Part shown: one piece after another, positions 41,430 through 51,474 of the stretch
Layout: each line of letters starts with the position of its first letter
Numbering within the stretch: position 1 is the stretch's first letter
Assembly: GCA_040756235.1 (NCBI GenBank)
Contig: JBFLZG010000066.1
Coordinates: 1-64,000, forward strand
DNA length: 64,000 nt
Reading direction: 5' to 3'
Origin: a bacterium
GTDB taxonomy: Bacteria > Desulfobacterota > DSWW01
Position numbers and translations under genes: made by a program
Notes under the pieces: generated by a model
Databases searched by the model: none
Seen by the model: the letters and a program-made list of their open reading frames with translations, nothing else
What the model was told of the DNA's origin: nothing

Positions 41430-41492
41430 CCTCAGTCATGGGCCTCGGCAGGCCTTCCGGGTGGCACGGAGCTCCATGAGAGAACCCGCGCC

Positions 41493-42140
41493 ATGACCCG
41501 GCTCAGCTTCCGGCTGTATGCGATCACCGACCGGACCCTTTGCGCGCCGACCCCGCTCCCCGAGGTGATCCGGAGACTGCTCGATGCGGGCGTCCGCGGG
41601 ATCCAGCTCCGCGAGAAGGACCTCGATGATCGCGAGCTCGCCAAACTGGCCGCCGAGACCGCCGCCCTGTGCAGCTCCTGCGGGGCACAGCTCTTCGTCA
41701 ACTCGCGCATCGAGATCGCCCTGGATGCGGGCGCAAGCGGGGTCCACCTGCCTGCGCACGGCCCCTCGGCGGCGGAAGCGATCGAGAAGGGCCGCGGCCG
41801 GCTGATCGTCGGCTGCTCGGCGCACAGCCTTGCGGAGGCAAAGGAGTGTGAGGTTGCAGGCGCCGACTTCGTCGCCTTCAGCCCCGTTTACTCCACGGCC
41901 AGCAAGCCGGGGTACGGGCCGGCGGCAGGGCCCAAGCGACTGAGGGAGGTGGCGCGAGAAGTAGCCATACCGGTTCTGGCCCTTGCAGGGATCACGCCGG
42001 AGCGGGTGGCCGAGTGCCTGCGCGCGGGAGCGCACGGCGTCGCGGTCATGTCCGGGCTGATGTGGCCGGACGGCGTGGAGGCCAGGGCCGCGCGCTATCT
42101 GAGCCGGATCGAAGCGGTGCTGGGAACCCTCGACGGCTAG
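41493..42140 (+). CDS. thiE: Thiamine-phosphate synthase (ThiE/TenI family)
   Basis: LYAITD, QLREK, GVHL, GCSAH, SPVYST.SK and GVAVMS. Confidence 0.85.
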   Translation: MTRLSFRLYAITDRTLCAPTPLPEVIRRLLDAGVRGIQLREKDLDDRELAKLAAETAALCSSCGAQLFVNSRIEIALDAGASGVHLPAHGPSAAEAIEKGRGRLIVGCSAHSLAEAKECEVAGADFVAFSPVYSTASKPGYGPAAGPKRLREVAREVAIPVLALAGITPERVAECLRAGAHGVAVMSGLMWPDGVEARAARYLSRIEAVLGTLDG

Positions 42141-42194
42141 GAGGCTGTCCCCTGTTGTAGGGGCAGGGCTGCCCTGCCCGCCGACCGCCTCCTA
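42137..42194. mobile_element. Mini MITE-like shell enclosing one GTAG REP
   Basis: TAGGAGGCTGTC / GACCGCCTCCTA ends; REP at 42157-42179. Confidence 0.6.
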
Positions 42195-43142
42195 TCCGAC
42201 CCTGATCTTCAAGTGCTCGAGAAGGTGGATGAGCTGGTCGTTTCTCTCGTCGATCCGTGTGTCGATCGATACCCCGCTGTAATCGTAGAAGCCCTTGCCC
42301 GTCTTGTAACCGAACTCTCCGGCCTCCACCTTCTTCTTCACGATCTCGGGAGGCGCGAGGCCGGGCTCGTCCAGGGCAGAGACGAGATACAGGCAGGCCA
42401 GATAGAGGGTGTCCAGGCCCATGGAGTCCATGGCCTCGCACGGGCCGGTGAAGCAGTACCTCGGACCCAGGTGATGGGTCCACGCCTTGTCGATGTCCTC
42501 CATGGAAACGCCCTGCTCGAGCAGCTTCAGGGCTTGGGCGAACACCCCGAGCTGCAGCCGGTTGACGATGAAGCCCGGCGTGTCCGGCGCCACGATCGGA
42601 ATTTTGTCGAGCTTCTCGATGAGGCCCCGGGTGACCTCGACGGTTTCTCCGGACGTCTTCTCGGCCGGAATGATCTCCACGAGAGGACGGATGTGCGGCG
42701 CGAGCATCCAGTGGACGCCGATGATCCTTTCCGGCTTCCGGGCCGCGCAGGCGATGTCGGCGATGCGGATCGTGGAGGTGTTGCTCGCAAGGATCGACTG
42801 CTCGGGGCAGAGGGTCTCCACCTTGCCGAAGATGTCCCTCTTCAGGGCCGGGTCCTCGGGAACCGCCTCCACGACGAACTGCGCGTCCCGGACGGCCCGA
42901 GAGAGGTCGGTAGTCGTCTCGATGAACGACAGGGTCTCCTGGATCCCGTGAGAAGAAACCAGGCCTTTGCGCTGGAGCTGCTGCAGGTTCCTGCGGATCC
43001 TCTCGATGGCCTTGGGAAGCGCCTCCGGGACGAGGTCGAACAGGGTGACCTCGTAACACCTGCTGGCAAAGACCTGCGCGATTCCATGGCCCATAGTGCC
43101 GGCGCCGAGCACGCCGATCCGGCGGATCTCGGAAAGCTTCAT
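42192..43142 (-). CDS. 3-hydroxyacyl-CoA dehydrogenase family protein
   Basis: GAGTMGHGI, EAVPE, SNTS, GVHW, PGFIVNR and KTGKGFY. Confidence 0.9.
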   Translation of the reverse strand: MKLSEIRRIGVLGAGTMGHGIAQVFASRCYEVTLFDLVPEALPKAIERIRRNLQQLQRKGLVSSHGIQETLSFIETTTDLSRAVRDAQFVVEAVPEDPALKRDIFGKVETLCPEQSILASNTSTIRIADIACAARKPERIIGVHWMLAPHIRPLVEIIPAEKTSGETVEVTRGLIEKLDKIPIVAPDTPGFIVNRLQLGVFAQALKLLEQGVSMEDIDKAWTHHLGPRYCFTGPCEAMDSMGLDTLYLACLYLVSALDEPGLAPPEIVKKKVEAGEFGYKTGKGFYDYSGVSIDTRIDERNDQLIHLLEHLKIRVG

Positions 43143-43420
43143 CTGCGCTCCCCCCCATTGGAGACTTACAGGGGCAACATAGTGGAGGGCACGCTCGCCT
43201 GTCAACGATCTTCTTGATAAACAAGACTTTCTTTCATCGATCGCGAGGAATTGCTGGAACACGGAAGAGGGGGGCGAGGCATCCGGGCGCACAAAATATG
43301 GTGGCAAAATTCGCCGGAAGTGCTTAGACTTTTCTGCTGAACCGATCGCGGCTTCGAGGCCGGCGGGGGGCTGGCCTGTCATCAGTTCTTGCGTGCTTTT
43401 CGGCAACCCGAGGCGGCGCC

Positions 43421-46400
43421 ATGAGCGGGAGACTCAGGAGAACGGGGATCGAGGCCCTGGGCGGCCTGCCGTGGGGGACCCACGTCTGCCAGTTCTACGA
43501 GAACAAGGAAGAGCTCCTGGACGTCCTGGTGCCGTACTTTCGCGCAGGTCTCCAAGGGAACGAGCTCTGCGTCTGGGCGGTTGCCGGCCTCATCACGGAA
43601 GAGGAGGCGCACGCGGCGTTGCGCGCCGCCATGCCTGACTACGAAGCCTATGCGGAAAGGGGGCAATTGAGGATCGTTCCGCACCCGCAGCGCTGTCTGG
43701 AATCCGGTCGGTTTCGGCCGGAAAGGGTCTTCGAGAACCTGGTCCGGAGCACCGGGGAAGCGCTCGCGAGGGGCTTCGATGGTCTGCGGGCCAGCGGCGA
43801 CACTTTTTGTCTGGACAGCAGGGATTGGGAAGCCCTGGCAGCCTACGAGCGACAGGCCCATCTCTTCATCACCCGCAACCCGGTGCTGGCCCTCTGCACC
43901 TTCCCGCTCGACCGGTGCGGCCCGGAGGAGATCATCGATCTTCTCGGCAGCCATTCCGTCGCCCTCATCCGGAGGCAGGGCGACTGGAGGGTCGTCGAGA
44001 GCGCCGAGCGGAAGCGGATGGAGAGCGCTCTCGAACAGAGCGAGCGGCGCTTCCGCTTGTGGATGGAGGCGACGAGATCGATCTGCTGGACGCTCGGGCC
44101 CGACACCTCTGCGATCGAGCCGCAGCCGACCTTCCAGGGCTACACCGGTCAGACCTGGGAAGCGTGCAAGGGCTGGGGGTGGCTCGATGCGGTCCATCCC
44201 GAGGACCGCAGCAGAGCCCGTCTGGTGTGTGAACAGGCCATCGAGCAGAGCGCGGCCTGCGAGTGCGAGCTCAGGCTCTGGTCCGCCGCAGCCGGCCAGT
44301 ACCGCTGGATCCTGGCCCGCACCGTACCGGAGTTGAGCGCGGACGGGTCCGTTCGGGGATGGGTCGGTGCAGGAGTCGACATCCACGAGAGCAGAGAAGC
44401 TGAAACAGGCCGGAGAGAGACCGAGTCCCGGCACCGCCTCCTGTTCGACAGCCTGTCGGACGGCTTCGCCTACCGGAAGATCTTGTTCGATGAAGACGGA
44501 AAGCCCGTGGATTACGTGTTCCTGGAGGTCAACGAGGCTTTCGAGAAGCTCCTCGGAGTCAGCAGGGCGGATGCGATCGGCAGGAGGGCGACCGAGGTCC
44601 TGCCCGGAATCGAGAACGACCCGGAGGACTGGATCGGAACATACGGCAGGATCGCCCTGAGCGGGGAGGCGGCCCGGTTCGAGAAGTACTCCGAGAACCT
44701 GCAGAAATGGTTTATGGTATCCGCGTACAGCCCGGAAAAGGGAACTTGCGCCTCCATCTTCGAGGACATCACCGAGCGCAAGCAGGCGGAGGCCGATGTG
44801 CGCTTCCTGGCGGACATCGGCGACTGCGTTCAGAAGATCGAGGGGCCGACTGCGCTGCTCAAAAACCTGACCGCCCGCATCGGCGACCATCTGAAGGTCG
44901 CTCGCTGCCTGTTTGCCGAAGTCGATCTCGAGCAGGAGCGGGCGGTGGTTCATGCGGATTATCACAGAGGGGCGCCGTCGTGTGCGGGGATTCAATCCTC
45001 GCTGTTCAGTCCCGAGATGGTGAACGAAGTCCGAGCGGGACGCACGGTGGTGAACTGCGATTCCAGGAACGACCCGCGTACGGCCTCCTACTATGAGAGA
45101 GTCTACCGCCCCTACGGCCTCGGCGCTTACGTGACGGTGCCGCTTCTGCGGGACGGGAGGCTGAGCTCGCTGCTCATGGTCAGCGTTCCCGAGCCGCGCG
45201 CGTGGGTCCAGCGCGAGGTGTCGCTCCTGGAAAGAGTGGGCGAGCGTGCCTGGTTCGGCTTCGAGCAGGCGAGGCTCCTGGCAGCGGTTCGCGAGAGCGA
45301 GCAGCGGTTGCGGGTGATTGCGGAAAACGTGCCCGGCCTCATTGCCTACGTGGATCCGGATTATCGGCTGAGGTTCACGAACGCGGCGCACGGGGAGTGG
45401 CTCGGCGTGCAGGTGCTCCCCGAACCGGGCCGGAGCCTGCAGGAGATGAACGGAACGGATCTGCAGCTTCGGGTGCGCTCTCACTTCGACACCGTGCTGA
45501 CCACGGGACGGCCGCTGTCCTTCGAACAGACGGTGCTCCGTGCCGACGGCTCTTCCTTGACGCTGTTCTTCCAGCTGATGCCGCAACTCGAACACAACAG
45601 AGTGGCGGGCGTGTACGCCCTGGCCACGGACATCACCGAGCGCAAGCGGGCCGAGGCGGCCCTCAACAAGACCAAGGAACGGTTCGAGCTTCTGTCCGAG
45701 ACCGCGGGCAGACTGCTGGCGACGCAAACGCCTCAGGAAATCGTCAACAGCCTGTGCAGGAAGGTCGTGACCCATCTCGACTGCGACGTCTTCCTCCACT
45801 ACCTGCTGGACGAGCCGAGCAAGCGCCTGCGCCTCTGTGCCTATGCCGGGCTGCCGCAGCCTGCCGCCGAAGAGATGGCATGGACCGATTGCGGCGTGGG
45901 CGTCTGCGGCTCCGTGGCCCGGGACGGCCGCCGCATCGTGGCGGAGGGCATCCTCGTCTCGCCTCCTCGCCCCCTGACGCAGCGGCTCGCCTCGCTCGAC
46001 ATTCAGGCGTATGCGTGCCACCCGCTCTTCTCGAGCGGCCGCGTGATCGGCACGCTCGCCTTCGGCGTCCGCTCCAGGCCGCGCTTCACGGAGGACGAGC
46101 TTTCCATGATGCAGCGGGTTGCGGAGCAGGTTGCCGTGGCCATGGACCGCTCCCGGCTGGTCGAGGCGTTGCGCCGGTCCCGGGACGAGCTGGAAGAGCG
46201 GGTGCGCGAGCGCACCGCGGATCTGGCGGCGGCCCACGAGCGCCTGCAGTTGGAGCACGAGTTCTCCCGCCTGCTCTCCTCCCAGCTCATCCGGGTCCAG
46301 GAGAACGAACGCAAGAGGGTCGCTCAGGAGATCCACGACAGCATCGGGCAATCCCTGAGCGCGATCAAATACCGGGTGGAAGACGTGCTCCAACAGAAGA

Positions 46401-46918
46401 AAAAGGCGGGGATGTCAGAACGTCTGAAGGGCATCGTTCCCCTCTGCCAGCAGGCGGTCGAAGAGGCCCGCAGAATCCAGGCGGACCTCCGGCCGCCGGT
46501 GCTCGACGACCTGGGCATCGTGGCGGCCTTGAACGGCTTCTTCAGGCAATTCCAGAGCACTTACCCCGGGATTCGGATCGAAAGCCGCATGGAGCCGCAG
46601 GCCGACAACGTGCCCGAGACGATCAAGATCGTGGTCTATCGGATTTCACAGGAAGCCCTGAACAACGTCGCCAAGCACGGCGCAGCGGATCGAATCGTGT
46701 TCTCTCTGACCAGGAGAGGGCACGAGGTCGAGCTCTCGATCCGGGACAACGGCCGCGGCTTCGACGTGGAGGCGGTGGAGAAGGACGAGGGGGTCGGCCG
46801 CAGAGTCGGTCTGGCCGGAATGAGGGAGCGGGCGACCCTTTCCGGCGGGCATCTGGCCATCGATTCGGCCCTGGGGGCCGGCACCACCATTCGGGCGACC
46901 TGGAGCGTGCCGCCATGA
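43421..46918 (+). CDS. Cytoplasmic MEDS-PAS-PAS-GAF-PAS-GAF HisKA_3 histidine kinase
   Basis: PWGTHVCQFY (MEDS), HPEDR, DITERK, EIHDSIGQ and EALNNVAKH. Confidence 0.92.
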   Translation: MSGRLRRTGIEALGGLPWGTHVCQFYENKEELLDVLVPYFRAGLQGNELCVWAVAGLITEEEAHAALRAAMPDYEAYAERGQLRIVPHPQRCLESGRFRPERVFENLVRSTGEALARGFDGLRASGDTFCLDSRDWEALAAYERQAHLFITRNPVLALCTFPLDRCGPEEIIDLLGSHSVALIRRQGDWRVVESAERKRMESALEQSERRFRLWMEATRSICWTLGPDTSAIEPQPTFQGYTGQTWEACKGWGWLDAVHPEDRSRARLVCEQAIEQSAACECELRLWSAAAGQYRWILARTVPELSADGSVRGWVGAGVDIHESREAETGRRETESRHRLLFDSLSDGFAYRKILFDEDGKPVDYVFLEVNEAFEKLLGVSRADAIGRRATEVLPGIENDPEDWIGTYGRIALSGEAARFEKYSENLQKWFMVSAYSPEKGTCASIFEDITERKQAEADVRFLADIGDCVQKIEGPTALLKNLTARIGDHLKVARCLFAEVDLEQERAVVHADYHRGAPSCAGIQSSLFSPEMVNEVRAGRTVVNCDSRNDPRTASYYERVYRPYGLGAYVTVPLLRDGRLSSLLMVSVPEPRAWVQREVSLLERVGERAWFGFEQARLLAAVRESEQRLRVIAENVPGLIAYVDPDYRLRFTNAAHGEWLGVQVLPEPGRSLQEMNGTDLQLRVRSHFDTVLTTGRPLSFEQTVLRADGSSLTLFFQLMPQLEHNRVAGVYALATDITERKRAEAALNKTKERFELLSETAGRLLATQTPQEIVNSLCRKVVTHLDCDVFLHYLLDEPSKRLRLCAYAGLPQPAAEEMAWTDCGVGVCGSVARDGRRIVAEGILVSPPRPLTQRLASLDIQAYACHPLFSSGRVIGTLAFGVRSRPRFTEDELSMMQRVAEQVAVAMDRSRLVEALRRSRDELEERVRERTADLAAAHERLQLEHEFSRLLSSQLIRVQENERKRVAQEIHDSIGQSLSAIKYRVEDVLQQKKKAGMSERLKGIVPLCQQAVEEARRIQADLRPPVLDDLGIVAALNGFFRQFQSTYPGIRIESRMEPQADNVPETIKIVVYRISQEALNNVAKHGAADRIVFSLTRRGHEVELSIRDNGRGFDVEAVEKDEGVGRRVGLAGMRERATLSGGHLAIDSALGAGTTIRATWSVPP

Positions 46919-49900
46919 GAAACAGCGTCGGTCCCGAAGCGGGAACCTGCGTCCCTCTGGCGGGCGCCGTCGCAGAGGGAGGCTGCCAGTCCGAACAGGA
47001 TGGCCGATTCGCGCTGGACCTCTACGATCGCGTCCGGCGCATCGAAGATCCGGAAACGCTCGCCTGGACCGTGGCCGAGGCCATCGGCGAGTATTTGCAC
47101 GTTGCGCGGTGCCTGTTCGGCGAGATCGAGATCGAGACCGACCGTGCCCTCGTCTACCGCGACTATCACAAGGGTCTTCCCTCGGCTGCCGGGACGCACA
47201 CCCTCGCGCTTTTCAGCCCCGAGATGATGGTGCAGATTCGAGCGGGCCGCACCATCGTGAACTGCGACGCCAGACACGACCCGCGTACGGCCACCCGCTA
47301 CGAGGCGGTCTACCGGCCTCTGGGCCTGGACGCCTACGTGACGGTGCCGCTCTTTCGGGAGGGCCGGTTGAAGTCGCTGCTCCTGGTGAGCACCGACCGG
47401 CCGCGTGCCTGGAGCGAGCGCGAGATCCGTCTGCTGGAGAATCTGGGACATCGCGCGTGGTCCGCCTTCGAGCAGACGAGACTTAACGCGGCCCTGCGCA
47501 CGAGCGGAGAACGGCTGCGTCTGATCACGGACAACGTACCGGCCGTGATCGCCTGCCTCGACCGCAACCGCCGCTTCCTGTTCGTGAACGCCCTGTATGA
47601 GCAGTGGTTCGGAGCCCCGGTGTCGGCGGTGCTGGGCCGGGCTCTGGAGGAGATCCACGGCACCGACTTCTATACGCGCGCGCGCCCTCACCTGGATGCG
47701 GTGCTGGCGCGGGGGCGGCCGGTGTCGTACGAGGACGCGATCGTGGCCGCCGACGGCTCCCGGCTGTCCGTGATCATTCGGCTCGTGCCCCACGTGGAGG
47801 GAGGCGAGGTCGTCGGTTTGTACGCTCTCATGATCGACATCACGGAACGGCAGCAGGCCGAGGAGGCCCTGAGGAGGAGCAAGGAGAGGTTCGAGCTCCT
47901 GTCGGAGACCGCGGGCAGGCTGCTGGCGACCGATCTGCCGCAGAGCATCGTCAACAGCCTTTGCCGCAAGGTGCTCGCCCATCTCGATTGCGAGGTCTTC
48001 ATCCACCATCTCGTGGATGAGCCCGCCGGACGTCTGCACCTGTGCGCCTCCCGCGGTCTTCCCCCGCGCATCGCAGAAGAGATGGAGTGGTCGGAGCTCG
48101 GCGCGGACTTGTGCGGCTCCGTGGCCCGGGCCGGACGGCGCATGGTGGCCGAGAACATGACGGGATCCGCGGATCCGCGCACGCAACGGCTCGCCGCCCT
48201 GGGCGTGCAAGCCTATGCCTGCTACCCGCTCTTTTCCGGGGAGCGGGTGATCGGGACACTCGCCTTCGGCGCCCGCTCCAGGCCGCGGTTCACGGAGGAC
48301 GAGCTGGCTCTGATGCAGCGCGTGGCGGACCAGGTCGCCGTGGCCATGGACCGCGCGCGTCTGATCGAGGCGCTGCGCGCGTCACAGCTCGAGCTGGAGG
48401 CGCGGGTGCGGGAGCGCACCGCCGAGCTGGCGGAGGCCCATGAAGGTCTTCAGGTGGAGCACGCCTTCCGGCGGGCGATCGAGGACTCGCTGGTGTGCGG
48501 CATCGTCGCGGTCGATCTGGAGGGACGCCAGACTTACGTGAACCGCTCGTTCTGCGAGATGGTGGGCTGGCCAGAACAGGTGCTTCTGGGCGCGACGCCG
48601 CCCTTCGTGTACTGGCCCCGGGAGCAGCACGAAGCGATGGGGAAATCCTTCCGGGGCGTGCTGGCCGGGGAGGCGCCGGAACCGCTCGAGCTCCTCTTCC
48701 GCAGGCGCAACGGGGAGCATTTTCCGGCCTTGGTTCTGCAGTCTCCCCTGCTGGACGGCCAGGGACGTCAGATCGGCTGGATCGCTTCGGTCACCGACTT
48801 CACGCACGAGAGAGAGGTCCAGAGGCGCACCGAGGCCACCCAGGCGCTCCTCAACCTTTTCTCCAAGGAGTCCGACCGCAAAGAGTATCTCGATCGGGCC
48901 CTGGGCCTGATCCAGGGCTGGTGCGGCTGCCAGAGCGCCGGGATCCGGGTGCTCGACGCCGCGGGGCGCATGGTCTACGAGGCTCACGCGGGCTTGGGCC
49001 CGGACTTCGTCGAATCGGAGAACCTGCTTTCCGTCGAGGAAGACCTGGAGCTGGGGCTGTGCCCGCGGGTCGTCGCCGGAGTCCCGGACCCTTCGGAGGC
49101 GGCCATGATGACCGCGGCCGGCTCTTTTCGGTGCGAGAACCTGGAGGGGTTTTCCGCCGGCCGGCCCCCGGAGCGCAAGGCCAAGTGTGGAAGCTGTGTC
49201 CAAGCGGGCTTCCGGTCGCTCGCCCTGATCCCCATCCGCTATCAGAACAAGGCCGTCGGCCTGATCCACCTTGCCGACCGGCGGCCCGGGGCCCTGACGC
49301 TCGAGATCGTGCAGTTCATCGAGTCGATGGCGCCGCTGATCGGCGAGGCGGTCCACCGTTTCGACCTGGAAGAGGAGCTGCGCGTTTCGGAGGCCCGCTC
49401 CCGGCTGCTCTCCTCGCAGCTCATCCGGGTCCAGGAGAACGAACGGAAGAGAGTTGCCCGGGAAATCCACGACAGCATCGGGCAGTCCCTGAGCGCGATC
49501 AAGTACCGGGTGGAGGACGTCCTCCTGCAGCGGAGAAAGTCGAAGATCCTCGAACGCCTCAGGGGGGTGGTGCCTCTGTGCCAGCAGTCGGTCGAGGAGG
49601 CCCGTCGGATCCAGGCGGACCTCAGGCCGCCGGTGCTCGATGACCTCGGCATCGTGGCGGCCCTGAACGGCTTCCTCAGGGATTTTCAAGGCACCTATCC
49701 CAGGCTCCGGATCGACAAGAGGACGGACCCGGCGCTGGGCGACCTCCCCGAGGCGATCAAGATCGTGCTCTACAGGATCTCTCAGGAGGCGCTGAACAAC
49801 GTGGCGAAGCACAGCGGCGCCGACCGCGTCGAGCTGTCTCTCTCCAAGACGAACGACGAGATCGAGCTGGTCATCCGGGACAACGGCGAGGGGTTCAACC

Positions 49901-50049
49901 TGGAAGAGGTGGAAATGGGCGAGGGGGCCGGCCGCGGCATGGGGCTGGCCGGCATGCGGGAGCGAGCGACCCTTTCGGGCGGAGCCCTGGAGATCGATTC
50001 TGCAGAGGGGAGCGGGACCACGGTCCGGGCGACATGGAAGCTGACGTGA
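46915..50049 (+). CDS. Cytoplasmic GAF-PAS-GAF-PAS-GAF HisKA_3 histidine kinase (paralog of upstream gene)
   Basis: ATGA overlap with the previous stop; same kinase motifs and homologous domains. Confidence 0.9.
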   Translation: MRNSVGPEAGTCVPLAGAVAEGGCQSEQDGRFALDLYDRVRRIEDPETLAWTVAEAIGEYLHVARCLFGEIEIETDRALVYRDYHKGLPSAAGTHTLALFSPEMMVQIRAGRTIVNCDARHDPRTATRYEAVYRPLGLDAYVTVPLFREGRLKSLLLVSTDRPRAWSEREIRLLENLGHRAWSAFEQTRLNAALRTSGERLRLITDNVPAVIACLDRNRRFLFVNALYEQWFGAPVSAVLGRALEEIHGTDFYTRARPHLDAVLARGRPVSYEDAIVAADGSRLSVIIRLVPHVEGGEVVGLYALMIDITERQQAEEALRRSKERFELLSETAGRLLATDLPQSIVNSLCRKVLAHLDCEVFIHHLVDEPAGRLHLCASRGLPPRIAEEMEWSELGADLCGSVARAGRRMVAENMTGSADPRTQRLAALGVQAYACYPLFSGERVIGTLAFGARSRPRFTEDELALMQRVADQVAVAMDRARLIEALRASQLELEARVRERTAELAEAHEGLQVEHAFRRAIEDSLVCGIVAVDLEGRQTYVNRSFCEMVGWPEQVLLGATPPFVYWPREQHEAMGKSFRGVLAGEAPEPLELLFRRRNGEHFPALVLQSPLLDGQGRQIGWIASVTDFTHEREVQRRTEATQALLNLFSKESDRKEYLDRALGLIQGWCGCQSAGIRVLDAAGRMVYEAHAGLGPDFVESENLLSVEEDLELGLCPRVVAGVPDPSEAAMMTAAGSFRCENLEGFSAGRPPERKAKCGSCVQAGFRSLALIPIRYQNKAVGLIHLADRRPGALTLEIVQFIESMAPLIGEAVHRFDLEEELRVSEARSRLLSSQLIRVQENERKRVAREIHDSIGQSLSAIKYRVEDVLLQRRKSKILERLRGVVPLCQQSVEEARRIQADLRPPVLDDLGIVAALNGFLRDFQGTYPRLRIDKRTDPALGDLPEAIKIVLYRISQEALNNVAKHSGADRVELSLSKTNDEIELVIRDNGEGFNLEEVEMGEGAGRGMGLAGMRERATLSGGALEIDSAEGSGTTVRATWKLT

Positions 50050-50063
50050 GCTGCGAGCAGTCG

Positions 50064-50240
50064 GCAGGGCGGACAAAGCCGCAGGCGTGTCCACCCTACC
50101 CGGAGCACCCGCATGGAGTTTGAGCCCGACGGGTGTCCCGCACGAGTGCGGCGAGGGCGAGTCGCGGAGGCCGTCCCGAGTCCCGAAGGCCGGTGGAACG
50201 GAGCGCTGTTTCTCGACGACCAAACCCGCCAGGCTCGTGA
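50064..50240. repeat. GTAG REP variant (50064-50099) plus partial minus-strand copy of the 245-nt element (50128-50240)
   Basis: GCAGGGCGGACAAAGCCGCAGGCGTGTCCACCCTAC; GGCGAGGGCGAGTCGCGGAGGCCGTCCCGAGTCCCG. Confidence 0.8.
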
Positions 50241-50249
50241 GCTCCGACC

Positions 50250-51329
50250 TCAAAACCTTCCCGCGTACCTGGGGTTCATATCGGTGTAGTAGTGATCGAT
50301 CCCCGGGATGCCGGTGTCGGCGAACCTCAGCAGCGGCTTGATCAGGCCCGGGAAGCGGTAAAGACCCGCCATGACGTACTGCCTCTGAGGATTGTTGAGC
50401 CAGCGGTTCGCGTACCAGCATCGGGCGAAGCCGCGGGTGAATCGCCGGAAGTCGCTGTAGGCCCGGACCGGGTCGTCGACCGCAAGGGCGGCTATCTTGC
50501 CGGAGACGAGCGCGCCGTGGATGCCGAAGTACAACCCGGGTTCCATCATGCCCGCAAGGGTGCCGGCCAGGATCTTGCTGCCGGCGAAGAGGCGGGGCGC
50601 GTCGGGCCGGCCCATGGGGACGAAGACCTCGAAGTAGTCCCAGTGGTCGAAGCGGACCCCTTCCGTACGCTCGAGCTCCTCCTCGAAGTTCCTGAGCTCG
50701 AGCAGCGTGAGGTCCCGGTCCGAGAACAGAAGATAATAGCCGAGCTGGTTGATGATGCTCGCGTAGGCGTAGGTATTGGTGTAGCGGCCGAACCAGGTGC
50801 GAACGTCGCCGTTGCGGGACGGGTCCGGCACGGCCGTGCGGGCCGAGAAGCACGGCAGTCGGACCACCGGCCTGCCGAGGAGCTCGTTCATGCCCCGGAA
50901 CAGTCCCGTTGCGAGGATCGCGGGATCCGGCAGATCGAAGGGATCCTTCAACTCCTGGCCGAGCTCGAACTTCACGCCCAGCCGGAGCGCCTCTTCGTAC
51001 AGCAGCGAGTCGATCGAGGTCTTGCGAGGGCCTCTCTCGACCGAGAAGCCCGGCCACGAAGGCATCTCATACTTGCACGACCGGATGAACCCCAGCATGC
51101 TGTTGCAGGAGTGCAGGACCGGAGTCAGGTCGAGCCCCACGTAGTCCTTCATGAGCCGGAGATTGATCGGGGTCGAGTGATTGGAGGGGTGGTGCGGATG
51201 GACGCCTCCGATGCTCTTGGCCGCTTCGAGCACGACCACCGAGTGGCCCGCCCTGGCCAGGTTGATGGCCGCCGCCATGCCCGACAAGCCTGCCCCCGCG
51301 ATGTGAACGGTCTGGCTCCTGCTGGTCAT
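50250..51329 (-). CDS. FAD-dependent oxidoreductase (geranylgeranyl-reductase-like)
   Basis: IAGAGLSG, ATG, AGTLAGMMEP..FGIHGALVSG. Confidence 0.82.
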   Translation of the reverse strand: MTSRSQTVHIAGAGLSGMAAAINLARAGHSVVVLEAAKSIGGVHPHHPSNHSTPINLRLMKDYVGLDLTPVLHSCNSMLGFIRSCKYEMPSWPGFSVERGPRKTSIDSLLYEEALRLGVKFELGQELKDPFDLPDPAILATGLFRGMNELLGRPVVRLPCFSARTAVPDPSRNGDVRTWFGRYTNTYAYASIINQLGYYLLFSDRDLTLLELRNFEEELERTEGVRFDHWDYFEVFVPMGRPDAPRLFAGSKILAGTLAGMMEPGLYFGIHGALVSGKIAALAVDDPVRAYSDFRRFTRGFARCWYANRWLNNPQRQYVMAGLYRFPGLIKPLLRFADTGIPGIDHYYTDMNPRYAGRF

Positions 51330-51474
51330 CTCGCCGCTCCTCCGGGCTCGTGCCTCCGGCAACTGGAAAGCTGCATTTCGTGCTGACAACTGCCTGTGGA
51401 ATATGTCATAGTTGTCGCGCATTCGCCAAGCAGAAAAGAGGTGTCGGGGCTCAAAAACATAGGAGACGACGGCT

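Noticed and set aside
45202..46914. 571-aa N-terminal extension of the second kinase, or a programmed frameshift
   Set aside because: Arg/Gly/Ala-rich off-frame read of the first kinase; an ATGA-coupled start exists at 46915.
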